This document shows, in pieces, positions 33,305 through 43,083 of a stretch of 64,000 nt of DNA. This stretch comes from a virus. The DNA lies in IMG/VR virus record IMGVR_UViG_3300037010_002253, positions 1 to 64,000 of that record; one strand, 5' to 3'. The notes below the pieces were generated by a model that saw nothing but the letters and a program-made list of their open reading frames with translations, searched no databases and was not told the DNA's origin. Both the position numbers and the translations under genes were made by a program. How positions within the stretch are numbered: position 1 is the stretch's first letter; each line of letters opens with the position of its first letter.

Positions 33305-34249
33305 TCAGCCCATGATCGTGTCGTCGTCCATGTCCTCCGTGTAGCTAGAGGTCGACGCGGCATCCGGTCCGCCCGCGAACGGGTTGTCGATGCCGAGCTT
33401 CTCCGCCTGGGTCTTCGCCGACATCGGCTTGCAGACCGCGGGAAGATCCCACGGTTCAAGGTCGTCGAGCCAGTCGGGCTGCTCGCCGAACTCGTCCATG
33501 ATGGGGTTGAAGGAGTAGGCCGTGGACTTCCCGCCGCCGGTCCGCTTCACGAGGATGGGCACGTCGAAGATCGACCCGCGCTCGGGGCTCTTGCAGCCCG
33601 AACACGCGAGGATCTCGGTCACGCCTTCCGGCAGGTCCGTGGGGTCGTCCACGTCGACCTCGCGGCCCTTCGCGTCCTTGTAGCCGAGGACCTTGATCTT
33701 CCCCTTCTTGCAGGAGCGGCACCGCTTCGCCGCGATGTCGTTCGCGCCGGAGAGGGCCTGCGCCCACATCATCGACATCGAGTACTTCTTCTGGCCACCG
33801 CGCGACCGCTCCAGCTTCTTCTTGCAGCCGTCGCAGGTGTTCTTCCCGCCGACCTCCTCGTCGTACGTGCAGGCGGTCCAGGAGGTCTTCTCCGAATCCT
33901 GGCCGCGGAACTTGACCGTGGTCGTCTCCTTGTGGAACCAGCGGGAGTCCGCGACGTTGAACGTCGCCTTCGGCGTCGGCTTCCCGACCCGCTTGTCGTT
34001 CCGCTGGTAGGCGAAGCAGGGAACGCACCCGAGATGACCCTCGTGGCCCTGTGCGCAGGTCAGGGTCAGGAACTTGTTCCCGCCGAGGCTGATGGTGTGA
34101 TCGTGGTTGAGGTACGGCTCGGACGCCGTACCGTTGAAGTACAGCTTCGCTTCCTCGCCGTCGTAGAGGAAGAAGTTCGGTGCGTATTGCATCCGGTCAC
34201 GCTTCATCTCGTCCGCGACCTTGGCTACCTGTCGAAAGTTGGGAGGCAT
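33305..34249 (-). CDS. Single-stranded DNA-binding protein (gp32-like, Cys-rich, acidic tail)
   Basis: Between primase and polA; VKRTGGGKSTAYSF; acidic C-terminus EDMDDD. Confidence 0.7.
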   Translation of the reverse strand: MPPNFRQVAKVADEMKRDRMQYAPNFFLYDGEEAKLYFNGTASEPYLNHDHTISLGGNKFLTLTCAQGHEGHLGCVPCFAYQRNDKRVGKPTPKATFNVADSRWFHKETTTVKFRGQDSEKTSWTACTYDEEVGGKNTCDGCKKKLERSRGGQKKYSMSMMWAQALSGANDIAAKRCRSCKKGKIKVLGYKDAKGREVDVDDPTDLPEGVTEILACSGCKSPERGSIFDVPILVKRTGGGKSTAYSFNPIMDEFGEQPDWLDDLEPWDLPAVCKPMSAKTQAEKLGIDNPFAGGPDAASTSSYTEDMDDDTIMG

Positions 34250-34334
34250 GTTGCTTTACTTTCTTTGTTCGCTGTCCGCTATTCGGACCAGTCGATTCCA
34301 CCACAGTTTTAGGGGAAACACTAGGGAAAAACAG

Positions 34335-35414
34335 TCACTTCTTTCGTCGGCCACCTCGTTCCATGACCATGTTGTCGATGCGCCACTCGTCGTACGGCAC
34401 GACCCCGTGGATCGCGTCACGGAGCTGCTTCGCTCCATCAGAGACCTCGACAAGCGAACCCATGTCCTTCACGCCCTCAGGGTACTTGAGCACGTAGACC
34501 GACCCCGGTCCCATTTTCTCAAGAAGCTGGTCCCCGACGAAGAACGTGGTGAGCTGCCCATCCCGGTCGCTGTCGAACGCGAGGAAGACAAGCGAGTAGG
34601 TTCGCATCACATCGATCTGGTGCGTCGTCACCCGCGATCCCATCGTCGACACCGGGAGGTACGGCGCGACCTGGGTCGGGTGGTCCCCGGGTCGACCGGC
34701 AAGGTGGACGTAGTTGGGGAGGTCGCCCAGGTCGAGCTGGTCGAACGCAATAGCGTCGAGCTGCCCCTCCGTGACGACCAAGGTCTTCACCCCGTGGGGG
34801 CGCCTGTGCTCCCCGTAGAGGTGTTGGCCCTTGGAGAACCCGAGATGGAGGTACTTGGGGTTCTGCTCCTCCCACACAGCGCGTTTCGAGAACCCAACCA
34901 GCAGCCCGCTCCCCGACCGAACGGGGATGGTGGCGCGCTGTGCTTCCGTGTCGAACCCGATCTCCCACTCCTTGAGCACGTCCTTCGTGAACCCACGGTC
35001 CAGCAAGTACTTCGGGCAGCGATCGTAGAGGGTCAGGAGACGGGGGTTCGGAGCAGCGTGGATCACGTCCCCTGACGCCTTCGCGCCATGCGTGCGCCTC
35101 GCATCGTAGTCGGGGAGGATGGTGTCAGCCTCCTCCTCGGGGTCAAGTCCGCGGGCGAACGACGCGGTCTCGCCGATCGCCTTCTGCGGGGACCATCCGC
35201 ACGCTTCCACAAGGAAGGTGTAGATATTACCCTGCGCGCCACACCGCGACGAGTAGCAGACGTACAGACCCGTCTCCGCGTGCATAGCGAACTGGGTCCC
35301 GTCCTTGACGGCGTGGTACGGACAAGTACTTGTAAAGTTCCCGCTCGCAGAGAGCCGGATGCGCTCGCACCCGGCCTCCTTCATCCACCTCTCGACCTTC
35401 GCCGCGTTGCTCAC
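34335..35414 (-). CDS. DNA primase (zinc finger plus TOPRIM)
   Basis: CPYH...CYSSRC; PKY; VTEGQLDA; FDSDRDG; KD. Confidence 0.9.
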   Translation of the reverse strand: MSNAAKVERWMKEAGCERIRLSASGNFTSTCPYHAVKDGTQFAMHAETGLYVCYSSRCGAQGNIYTFLVEACGWSPQKAIGETASFARGLDPEEEADTILPDYDARRTHGAKASGDVIHAAPNPRLLTLYDRCPKYLLDRGFTKDVLKEWEIGFDTEAQRATIPVRSGSGLLVGFSKRAVWEEQNPKYLHLGFSKGQHLYGEHRRPHGVKTLVVTEGQLDAIAFDQLDLGDLPNYVHLAGRPGDHPTQVAPYLPVSTMGSRVTTHQIDVMRTYSLVFLAFDSDRDGQLTTFFVGDQLLEKMGPGSVYVLKYPEGVKDMGSLVEVSDGAKQLRDAIHGVVPYDEWRIDNMVMERGGRRKK

Positions 35415-36667
35415 AGGATTCCTCCGTCCTCGTCGTCGATTCCTTCCGCCGCCGCGTCATCCCCCGTGATCTCGCGCTTCTGGGCGAAGCTGACGCCGGG
35501 TCTCGCGTCGATCACAATGCGGCACGGTCGCCCGTCGTTGATCTTCTTGGTCCAAAGGATCAGCTCGTTCTGCTCCCTGTGGACGGGTTCGCAGATCACC
35601 CGCGTCAGGACCGTGCAGGACTGCGCGTAGGACTTCCCGTACCCGACGTCTGACACCGGGCCGGCATTCCCCCGCGCAGGGGTGTTGTTCGTCTGGTTGC
35701 TCGTCACGATCCCGATGTCGAGATCCTTCGAGAGTTGCCTCACCCCCATCGACACGATGCCGAAGTTCCGCCACTCCAGGTCCTCGGCCAGGTAATAGAG
35801 GTTGTCGATGAAGGCTGCCTTCGCCTTGTACTGGATGCACTTCGCCCTCACTTCCGCGAGTGCATGGACGCCTTGGGACATGACCTCGACGATGTGAAAT
35901 GGCGGGTCCTCCTCGAAGGAGTCGATGATGGAGAAGAAGCGCTTCTCGTCGTCTGGAGGGAGAGCCCCAGACTGGACCTGCTCCCAGTCCGCCCCAGCGC
36001 GCTGTGCGGCGTACCTGTAGAGGATGTCGTCGGGGGGCGTCTCCTTCGTAAAGAAAACGGGAGTAATCCCCACGTTCTCGTGCAGATGGGTCGCGCACGC
36101 GATGAGCAGCCACGTCTTGTACGTCCCGGTATCGCCGTACAAGCCGACGTGTTGACCTCCGCGTAGGCCCTTCATCATCTGGGTGTACCGGGGCCACGGC
36201 ATCGGGTACCCAAGAAGTCCATCGTGGTCCTTCGCGTGTTGGTACCTCGCCCGCACGCTGGCGGCCGACTTCGAGGTGTCGAGGTCGTTGTCCTCGGAAT
36301 GCGCGAGGACGAGGGACATGGCGATCTTCTGGAACTCCTCCAGGCCCCCCTTCACGCTACCCCTGGTCGCTACTGTGACCTTCTTGAGGCCCGCCTGGAT
36401 GTCCGCGTATAGCTTGCGCTCCTTGAGACCATCGAGCAGGACGCCCAGATCGTCCGCGCTCTGCTCGAACGCGAACTCGGGGAACTCGGCCCGCGCCAGG
36501 CCCAGGGACGGCAACGCGCCTCGCTTGAGGTACCGCTGCTCCGCCCACAGGAAGACCTCTCGCGTCTCAGAATCCAGGAAGAAGCTTGAGTCGACCTTCG
36601 CCTTGATCGACCCGAGCATGTCCCCCGTCTCCAGGAGACGGGTAAGAGATGCCTTTTCGATGTCCAT
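35411..36667 (-). CDS. DnaB-like replicative helicase
   Basis: GDTGTYKT Walker A; FIDNLY; SNQ; ATG overlaps the methylase TAA. Confidence 0.85.
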   Translation of the reverse strand: MDIEKASLTRLLETGDMLGSIKAKVDSSFFLDSETREVFLWAEQRYLKRGALPSLGLARAEFPEFAFEQSADDLGVLLDGLKERKLYADIQAGLKKVTVATRGSVKGGLEEFQKIAMSLVLAHSEDNDLDTSKSAASVRARYQHAKDHDGLLGYPMPWPRYTQMMKGLRGGQHVGLYGDTGTYKTWLLIACATHLHENVGITPVFFTKETPPDDILYRYAAQRAGADWEQVQSGALPPDDEKRFFSIIDSFEEDPPFHIVEVMSQGVHALAEVRAKCIQYKAKAAFIDNLYYLAEDLEWRNFGIVSMGVRQLSKDLDIGIVTSNQTNNTPARGNAGPVSDVGYGKSYAQSCTVLTRVICEPVHREQNELILWTKKINDGRPCRIVIDARPGVSFAQKREITGDDAAAEGIDDEDGGIL

Positions 36668-37203
36668 TAGACGCTGCCTCTGGTCAAGGAAAGCTGCCAC
36701 CTACGCGGTAGCCCGCGCCGCCACACCACGACCACGCTAGCGAAAAATCCAGAAGCCCTGTAGGCACCTCCAGTTAGGAAGCGAACTCTGCCCCTTATGT
36801 ACCTAACCTCCGCCAGACCCACTACATCATCATGCCACCACGCGAGATCAGTGGACGCGGGAAGTAAACCGACGACTAACGCCCCAGCGCAAGAAGCTAT
36901 GCGCGCCTTACGGGTCCACGCGTACACTTCCCTCCCATACGGCGGGTTCATCCACACGGTCTCTGTACCCCAGTCCTGTACGAGCCCATCCGCGCGCTCG
37001 TCAAAGTACCTGGCGCACTTCGCCGAGTCAGCGCTAGCGCACGCATCCAGCGTAAAGTTGAACTCGGCGTTTAGTGGCTCGAATACCTCAGGGGGTGTCT
37101 CCCACAGCCGCCCGTTACCGTTATATCTTCCATTGTTCTTTGCTTGCAGCCCACGAAGTAAACCGGGGTTGTTCGACGCCCCAATCGTTCTACGGCCTTT
37201 CAT
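36667..37203 (-). CDS. Phage Dam-type N6-adenine DNA methyltransferase
   Basis: WETP...FTLDACAS...WMNPPYG...LLPASTDLAWWH...GRVRF. Confidence 0.9.
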   Translation of the reverse strand: MKGRRTIGASNNPGLLRGLQAKNNGRYNGNGRLWETPPEVFEPLNAEFNFTLDACASADSAKCARYFDERADGLVQDWGTETVWMNPPYGREVYAWTRKARIASCAGALVVGLLPASTDLAWWHDDVVGLAEVRYIRGRVRFLTGGAYRASGFFASVVVVWRRGLPRRWQLSLTRGSV

Positions 37204-37631
37204 CAGGACACCGTGATGATGACGGCCCGTGGGTCGCGCATGAGGGACCGGATGAGGCTCTCCAGGTCAACAGGCTGAACCAGCCGTGGTGTCTTGAGGT
37301 AGTGGGTCGCCACATTCGCCGCGAGGGAGTAGGTCGGCGCCTTGACGAGAACGAGGTGTCCTTCCGGGGTCCGCACGGTCTCGTCGTCCCCCCACGTCTC
37401 GTGGAGGGTCCAGAAGACCGGCAGCGGTTCCGGGTCGAACCGAACGCAGTTGACCAAGTCACCCGCGCCAGAATGACACCTGCCCGTCCTACCGCACCGG
37501 GAGCAGGTGTGAAACCAGTCCTCCGGGGTCGTCACCCCGCGCGCTTTCCGCACGAGGTCGCTGATGGCTACACTGAGAAGAGAACGAAGTCGATTGAGCA
37601 TGGTCATCTCCAAAGGCAAAGCCGCCCCCAT
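37203..37631 (-). CDS. Hypothetical protein
   Basis: CSRC motif; coupled to the methylase. Confidence 0.55.
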   Translation of the reverse strand: MGAALPLEMTMLNRLRSLLSVAISDLVRKARGVTTPEDWFHTCSRCGRTGRCHSGAGDLVNCVRFDPEPLPVFWTLHETWGDDETVRTPEGHLVLVKAPTYSLAANVATHYLKTPRLVQPVDLESLIRSLMRDPRAVIITVS

Positions 37632-37663
37632 CCCACGCGGGGACGAGGGCGGCTCGGGGGATA

Positions 37664-38770
37664 CTACGCCGCGAGGAGGAGCTTGCCCGCCGCCTCTTCC
37701 ATCTGGACACGCGCGTCCGTCGGGAGAGCCTGCGCCGCTCGCGTGATCGCCTGGATGATGCCGAAGCGCGTGTTATTGGGTTCCCGCTGGAACGCCTTCT
37801 CGGCCATCTCGAGGAACTCCTCAGTGGCGCGGTTCGCGGCGAGGAACTGACGCAGCTCCCGCTCGGGGTTCGCGATGGTGACGTCGCGAGCGAGCTGGAG
37901 ACGCCCGATGATCTCGTCATGGCGGTCGAGCACCGTGTCCCGCACCGACGCAACACTCATGCGGAGCTGGTGACGGTCGATGTTGATGTGGCGGATGTCG
38001 ATGAGGTGTTCGCGGTTGATCAGCGCGATCACCCCGTTGGTGCAGATCTGACGGAAGATGAGGAAGTCCTCTTGAAGATTGCACGCGCCGACCTCCGAGT
38101 TTCGGAGGTGCGTCCCGAACTGATGAAAGTCCGGAACCTCGTTCGTCCCCGCATTCACCACGTCGGGGAACAGCATACGAACGTGGAACATCTTGTCGGA
38201 AACGTAACCGACCTGGAGCTTGGGTTCGTACTGCCGGATGAAGTCGCGGTGGAGGTTGAGCAGCTCGAGGTTGTCGAGGACCGCGTACCGCGTGGTGAGG
38301 AACCCGCGCATGAACCCGGTGGCGCCTGTCTCCACGTCCTTCTGGTTCATGTGGCGGATCCGCACGAAGAACTCGTTGTCGGCCACCCGCTCCTTCCAGA
38401 AGTCGATGATCGCCTTCTTCGACGCCGGGGGGACCTTCCCCTCCCAATCCAGACCGCTAGGGGAGCGGCGGATGAAGTCCGCGGGGACCTTGAGCTTCGC
38501 GCAGAACTGCGAGAAGGACAAGTCGGTCCACGACAAGCGAGGCCCACTCGCGATGTCGAGAGTCCCATCTGGATTGAACGTGAGGTCACGGCCCTTGACC
38601 GTGAAGTCCTCGTTCCGCTGCGCGAAGAGACCGAGTCGGTTCGACAGCTCGTCGAATCCGATCGCCCGCATGGGCGCCGACCTCGCCAGCCGCGACGCGT
38701 TGTTCTGCTGCATCCCGACCCCAACCTGGGGGGTGGAGGTAACTGCGCTGGGGGTAACGCTGAGAGGCAT
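37664..38770 (-). CDS. DUF932-family protein
   Basis: FSQFC; RGFLTTRYAVLDN; RNSEVG; RQICTNG; AITRAAQ. Confidence 0.75.
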   Translation of the reverse strand: MPLSVTPSAVTSTPQVGVGMQQNNASRLARSAPMRAIGFDELSNRLGLFAQRNEDFTVKGRDLTFNPDGTLDIASGPRLSWTDLSFSQFCAKLKVPADFIRRSPSGLDWEGKVPPASKKAIIDFWKERVADNEFFVRIRHMNQKDVETGATGFMRGFLTTRYAVLDNLELLNLHRDFIRQYEPKLQVGYVSDKMFHVRMLFPDVVNAGTNEVPDFHQFGTHLRNSEVGACNLQEDFLIFRQICTNGVIALINREHLIDIRHINIDRHQLRMSVASVRDTVLDRHDEIIGRLQLARDVTIANPERELRQFLAANRATEEFLEMAEKAFQREPNNTRFGIIQAITRAAQALPTDARVQMEEAAGKLLLAA

Positions 38771-38800
38771 GTGACTTTCCTTGACTGTAGGAGGTGCTGT

Positions 38801-39373
38801 TCACCGACGCGCGGATTTCCGCTGGTCGGAGCCTTGAACCTCGAACAAACGCACCATCTCGCTCAGAAGCGACGTGATTGACGACCCGTACACGGTAGAT
38901 AGCGTCTCGTCTTCTCCGGTTCCTTTCAGCTTGAGGTTGGTGGTGATGTGGGTGAGAAGCTCTCGTTCACTTCTCGCCCGCAAGATCCTGCCGAGCTTGT
39001 ACGCCGCCTGTTCGTGCAGCTTCCCACCGCGGTACTCCTTCCCGAGATCGTTGATGACGAGCCAGGGGGTCGTCTCGAACGTCTTGTTGTAGGAGTAGCC
39101 GCGAAAGGGGTCGCGCAGGGGTGCAGCGCCGACCACGTACCTATCGAACATGTCCGGTGCCGTGATGAACTCGTAGTCCTGGCCGTGGTGTTCCTTCCAC
39201 CACCTAGTGAGCGCAGCCATCGCCCACGTCTTCCCGATCCCCGGTGGACCTGCGAGGAGGAGTCCCTTGTCTTGGGGGCTCCCCGCGAAGTCCACCACCA
39301 TCCTGAACTGGTCCTCGTCGAGGCCGTCCAGTTTCGCCCCGCGGAATCGCTGGGGCACGCGCAGGATCATCAC
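38801..39373 (-). CDS. DnaC/IstB-like AAA+ helicase loader
   Basis: LLLAGPPGIGKT; LVINDLGKE; THITTN. Confidence 0.85.
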   Translation of the reverse strand: MMILRVPQRFRGAKLDGLDEDQFRMVVDFAGSPQDKGLLLAGPPGIGKTWAMAALTRWWKEHHGQDYEFITAPDMFDRYVVGAAPLRDPFRGYSYNKTFETTPWLVINDLGKEYRGGKLHEQAAYKLGRILRARSERELLTHITTNLKLKGTGEDETLSTVYGSSITSLLSEMVRLFEVQGSDQRKSARR

Positions 39374-39867
39374 AGGATGATCTCCTCGTAAGCGCTGGTC
39401 TCGCTACGCGGACCAGACCACTCGGACTGCTCCCCCGCCTGCTTGCGCCGCGTCTCCTCAACGCGAGACATCGCGGGGATGACGAAGCGAACGTAGTTCG
39501 TTTCGTGCAGCAGGAACCCGAGAAGGTCGCCGTTCACCCACCGAAGGTGCTGCGAGAACACCGCGTCGATGGCTGCACACGCCGTCTCCGCCCCCTCGCG
39601 CTGTACCAGGGACGCGACCCCCCGCAACGCGCTTTGGAGGGCCACGGGTCCAGCAGGCCACGCCCGCTTGAACCTGTTCTCGTAGCCCCCGATGTACCGA
39701 CCGAGGACCGCCACCGTGGGCCAGTCCTTCGTCGGCGTCGCCGCCATCTCCGCCGCGATCCGCTTCGCGTTCCCCGCGGTGGGCTTGGAGAAGAAAACGT
39801 CCGACCAATCAGAGTCGGACGGCTTCACTTCCGCGGTCTGCTTGGGTCGCCGAAACTTCCACCTCAT
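39370..39867 (-). CDS. Hypothetical protein, possible initiator partner of the loader
   Basis: Coupled directly upstream of the DnaC-like gene. Confidence 0.6.
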   Translation of the reverse strand: MRWKFRRPKQTAEVKPSDSDWSDVFFSKPTAGNAKRIAAEMAATPTKDWPTVAVLGRYIGGYENRFKRAWPAGPVALQSALRGVASLVQREGAETACAAIDAVFSQHLRWVNGDLLGFLLHETNYVRFVIPAMSRVEETRRKQAGEQSEWSGPRSETSAYEEIIL

Positions 39868-39903
39868 GCGTGCCTCCGTCTCCCGGATTCTACACGCAGT
39901 AGG

Positions 39904-40272
39904 TCAGCTCTTGGTCGACGCCGCGAGGGTCTTGAGAAGCTCCTGCAACTCCACGGACTTGTCGACGAGCAGCGTCGTCGACATGTCGTAGACCTTCTCG
40001 AACTCGGCCTTGTTCGCCTCAGGATCGTTGAGCTTGCACACGACCGGGTACTCGCTGAACCCGATCTCGATGCCGACGCTCTGGAAGTTCTTGCTGAGTT
40101 TCACGCTGGGGATGCAGCGGATGGATCCGTACCGCTCACCCTCCTTGAGGTCGGGCAGCTCCACCGGGATCTGTGTCTCCTTTTCCTCCTCGTGGACGGG
40201 CACGGTCGCGCCATCCACCCGCTTCGTGATGGTCGCCTTGGTCGTCTGCGTCGCGATCTTCTTGACGGGCAT
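39904..40272 (-). CDS. Hypothetical protein
   Basis: ATG 40272 with AGGAG. Confidence 0.65.
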   Translation of the reverse strand: MPVKKIATQTTKATITKRVDGATVPVHEEEKETQIPVELPDLKEGERYGSIRCIPSVKLSKNFQSVGIEIGFSEYPVVCKLNDPEANKAEFEKVYDMSTTLLVDKSVELQELLKTLAASTKS

Positions 40273-40420
40273 CTTCTTCTCCTGCGAAGGGAACCGTTTC
40301 CCTTCCACTCAATCGTCCACCCTACTACAGGAAACGACCGACTAGAACAACAAAACGAAGAGGCTCACTTGTTCCATGTCGTTTTCATCCGCCGCAAATC
40401 GGGTGTTGAGCCCGGCCACC

Positions 40421-40492
40421 CTCGCGCGCGCGCGTCAGAGTCTCTCCGGATCCGGATCTGAGAACTCTGACGCCTGCGCGTCCGCGCGCGAG
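40421..40492. repeat. Imperfect ~70-bp palindrome with central (TCCGGA)n, copy B
   Basis: ctcgcgcgcgcgcgtcagagtctctccggatccggatctgagaactctgacgcctgcgcgtccgcgcgcgag. Confidence 0.85.
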
Positions 40493-40494
40493 GC

Positions 40495-40902
40495 TCACCC
40501 GTCCTTGTACTGGCGGGAGAGGACCTCGATGGGTGTGGGAATGAGATCGGCTTCCTTGACACGCTCCTGCTTGGCCGTCGCGTCCTTCACCGCTTGATGG
40601 TTCGCTTTCGCTTCGCGGGCCAGCTCCTCGCCCGCGCGCTTCACGTCCTCCTCGCTGAGCAGCCCCTTGTTTTGGAGCACGCGCACGACGACGTTCATGG
40701 TGTTCCAGGAGGCGATGATCTGGTGCTGCCACGCCACGAGGTCCGACTTGAACGAGTTGAGGTGGCGCTCGAGGCCGGTGTTGAGGTGGTTCCCGAAGGC
40801 CCACAGGTCCGAGACGAGGATGGCGGCGTGGGGGTTCTTGAACTTCGAGGGGAGGTTGTTGTGGGCTTCGGAGTCAGTCTTGTCGATCGTGTGCGGGGGC
40901 AT
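40495..40902 (-). CDS. Hypothetical protein
   Basis: 135 aa; AAGGAG RBS. Confidence 0.65.
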   Translation of the reverse strand: MPPHTIDKTDSEAHNNLPSKFKNPHAAILVSDLWAFGNHLNTGLERHLNSFKSDLVAWQHQIIASWNTMNVVVRVLQNKGLLSEEDVKRAGEELAREAKANHQAVKDATAKQERVKEADLIPTPIEVLSRQYKDG

Positions 40903-41320
40903 CGAACTCTCCTTGGTCGTTGATGACGATGGTGCTGGCGTACCAGACGGAGCGGATCTCTTCGCAATACTTCTCGAATACTTCTGTGTTCTGGAAGAAC
41001 TTCTGCCCCTTCCATCGGAGGAAAATGAGGCGATTGATGTTGACGATCTGAGTCCCGGAGTAGTGGCGCTTGTTGTTCCCGAGGTCGAAGAGGGGCGGAG
41101 GGATCTTCTTATCCCGCTCCAGCTCCCTCACCGTCACGACCGCGCGATCCATCGCCTCCGCGAGGACGCCGATCTTGAATAGCTCCACTTGTTTGTCCGC
41201 GACTTGGTACACCTTGCCGACCCGCTGGACGGAGACCAAGGGCACCTTCTTGTTGTGGTAGTACGCAGAGGGTGTGCCCTCCGCGAACTTGTTTCTGTCC
41301 TTTTTGATGAGCTGGATCAT
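40874..41320 (-). CDS. MerR-like winged HTH protein
   Basis: FKIGVLAEAMDRAVVTVRELERDKKIPPP...RHYS; ATGA-coupled start at 41320. Confidence 0.7.
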   Translation of the reverse strand: MIQLIKKDRNKFAEGTPSAYYHNKKVPLVSVQRVGKVYQVADKQVELFKIGVLAEAMDRAVVTVRELERDKKIPPPLFDLGNNKRHYSGTQIVNINRLIFLRWKGQKFFQNTEVFEKYCEEIRSVWYASTIVINDQGEFDAPAHDRQD

Positions 41321-42744
41321 CGCTGCGCTTGTCCTTTCCTGATCTCGTTGACCTCGAAGTTGTCCTGCCGAAGCAGGCGCCGCATCTTCCGCCCGAGTCC
41401 GCGGATGATGCCGATGTCGTCCTCGAACACGAAGACGAGAGGATCCTTCTTCCCTTCCGCCTCGCGGAGGATGCGGCCAAGCGACTGGCGAAGCCGCCCT
41501 TCCCCAGTGAACGGGACGAGGATGAACAGCGTGTCGAGCGCGACACGGTCCAGCCCTTCCTTCGCGAGGTGTTGGGTCGCGAAAACGACCTGCTTCTTGA
41601 GGGCGTTGCGCCGCTCGTCCTGGTCCATCGCCCCGACGTGCAGCGCCTTGGAGGCCGCGCGACAGTTGTCGTTCAACCAGTGAAGCTGTGTGAGCCGCTC
41701 GCCAAGGACGAGGATGGTGCGCCCCTTCGCAATCGCCCTGTCCAGCCACTCGAGGATCAGCTCGTTCCGCGCCTCCACGTCGCAAAGCCAGGTCGTCAAC
41801 TTCGCGAGGTTGACGTTCCCCCGGTAAGTGAACTTGCTCTGATCCACGCGGATGCCCGTCTCCACGAAGTAGACGGTGGGGACGAGGGCCTGCGACAGGT
41901 CCTCGAAGACGACCTCGCCAAGGTGCAGGCGGAACATCCGGTCGTTCCCATCCTCGCGCTTCACGGTGGCGCTGAGTCCCCACCGCTCCGCAGGGAAGAG
42001 GGGCGCGGCGCGGGAGAAGAGGTCAGACCCGAGGCGATGGGTCTCATCAAAGATGACGAGGCGCCAGTAGTTGTAGAACTCCTCGCTGTACTCCTTCATG
42101 CAGATGGAGTGCAGCATCCCGACCGCGATGGGGCAGCCTCGCCACTTCTCGGTCGCCGCCTGGACGTGCCCGATCTCGTCGTCGCGAAGTCCGTAGAACT
42201 GCTTGATCCGCTCCCGCCACTGGTCCATCAGCGCGTTCGTGTGGACGATGATGAGGATGGGGAAGCGATCTCCTTCGTGCGCAGCGCACAGGGAAACGAT
42301 CGTCTTTCCTTTCCCACAGGACAGCGCCAGAATCTTGTCTTCCTCGTCCTTGAGGAGCGCCGCGACCGCGTCGGCTTGGATCTGGTCGCGCAGGACGACG
42401 TGGTGGGGGAAGCGGGCTCGACGCTCCATCCGCCGGAGTCGACCCGTCCGGTCAACGAACGCGCCCGGGTGTGGGCGCGTGTCGTACACGGGAGGGGGCA
42501 GGTCAGTGGTGAGGGAGATCTTGTAGTGACGGGGGACCAGCAGCGCGCCGGGGACCTCGCGGTACATCTCGACGGCGGCCACCATCCCCGCCGACCCGTA
42601 CCCGGCGTGCTGACGCGCGAAGAACGCGCCGTTCGAGACCGTCAGCTCGGTCTTGGTCTGATGCGGGTCGATGTACTGGACCGGAACCCTCGTCAGGGCT
42701 CCGATCTGGATGCCAGCGTCACCTACACGGAATCGGAGTTTCAT
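41317..42744 (-). CDS. Superfamily 2 helicase (UvsW/XPB-like)
   Basis: CGKGKT; DETH; GLSAT; EGLD; QSLGRILR. Confidence 0.92.
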   Translation of the reverse strand: MKLRFRVGDAGIQIGALTRVPVQYIDPHQTKTELTVSNGAFFARQHAGYGSAGMVAAVEMYREVPGALLVPRHYKISLTTDLPPPVYDTRPHPGAFVDRTGRLRRMERRARFPHHVVLRDQIQADAVAALLKDEEDKILALSCGKGKTIVSLCAAHEGDRFPILIIVHTNALMDQWRERIKQFYGLRDDEIGHVQAATEKWRGCPIAVGMLHSICMKEYSEEFYNYWRLVIFDETHRLGSDLFSRAAPLFPAERWGLSATVKREDGNDRMFRLHLGEVVFEDLSQALVPTVYFVETGIRVDQSKFTYRGNVNLAKLTTWLCDVEARNELILEWLDRAIAKGRTILVLGERLTQLHWLNDNCRAASKALHVGAMDQDERRNALKKQVVFATQHLAKEGLDRVALDTLFILVPFTGEGRLRQSLGRILREAEGKKDPLVFVFEDDIGIIRGLGRKMRRLLRQDNFEVNEIRKGQAQR

Positions 42745-42835
42745 GGTCCCTTGTACTCCTCGGCCGCTTCGAGTAACCCCTATCGGTTACTCGAAACGTC
42801 GTCAAGGGTTACAGGGGACCACGGACGGAGTCAAT
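42743..42835 (-). promoter_or_regulatory. Promoter and hairpin region at the start of the replication module
   Basis: TTGACT-N17-TAACCC; perfect 11-bp IR ttcgagtaacc/ggttactcgaa inside a longer imperfect stem covering the RBS. Confidence 0.5.
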
Positions 42836-42854
42836 AGAAAAAGTTCACTTCTGC

Positions 42855-43070
42855 TCAGGTCTTCACGGGGGTCTCCGGCGCCTGGATCTGAGGGTCCTCG
42901 CGCTTCACCCCGGCGGCGAAGTACCCGGTCCCACCCGACCCGATCGCGGTGAGGAGGCCGGCGAGGGTGAGGAGCCACGCGGGTCCACCCGTCATCTGGG
43001 CGATGAGGGAGAGGATCGTGCCGAGGGCAGCGATCCCGCCGAAGAGGGTCGTCCTGTTGTCGTTCTTCAT
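42855..43070 (-). CDS. Small two-TM holin-like membrane protein
   Basis: MKNDNRTTLFGGIAALGTILSLIA...WLLTLAGLLTAIG; at the end of the structural operon. Confidence 0.55.
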   Translation of the reverse strand: MKNDNRTTLFGGIAALGTILSLIAQMTGGPAWLLTLAGLLTAIGSGGTGYFAAGVKREDPQIQAPETPVKT

Positions 43071-43083
43071 GGAAAAGAGACTC

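Noticed and set aside
38801-39373. IS21 element (IstB) or inactive ATPase because Walker B reads INDLG
   Set aside because: No IstA transposase or terminal repeats; context indicates a helicase loader; the single substitution is not interpretable alone.
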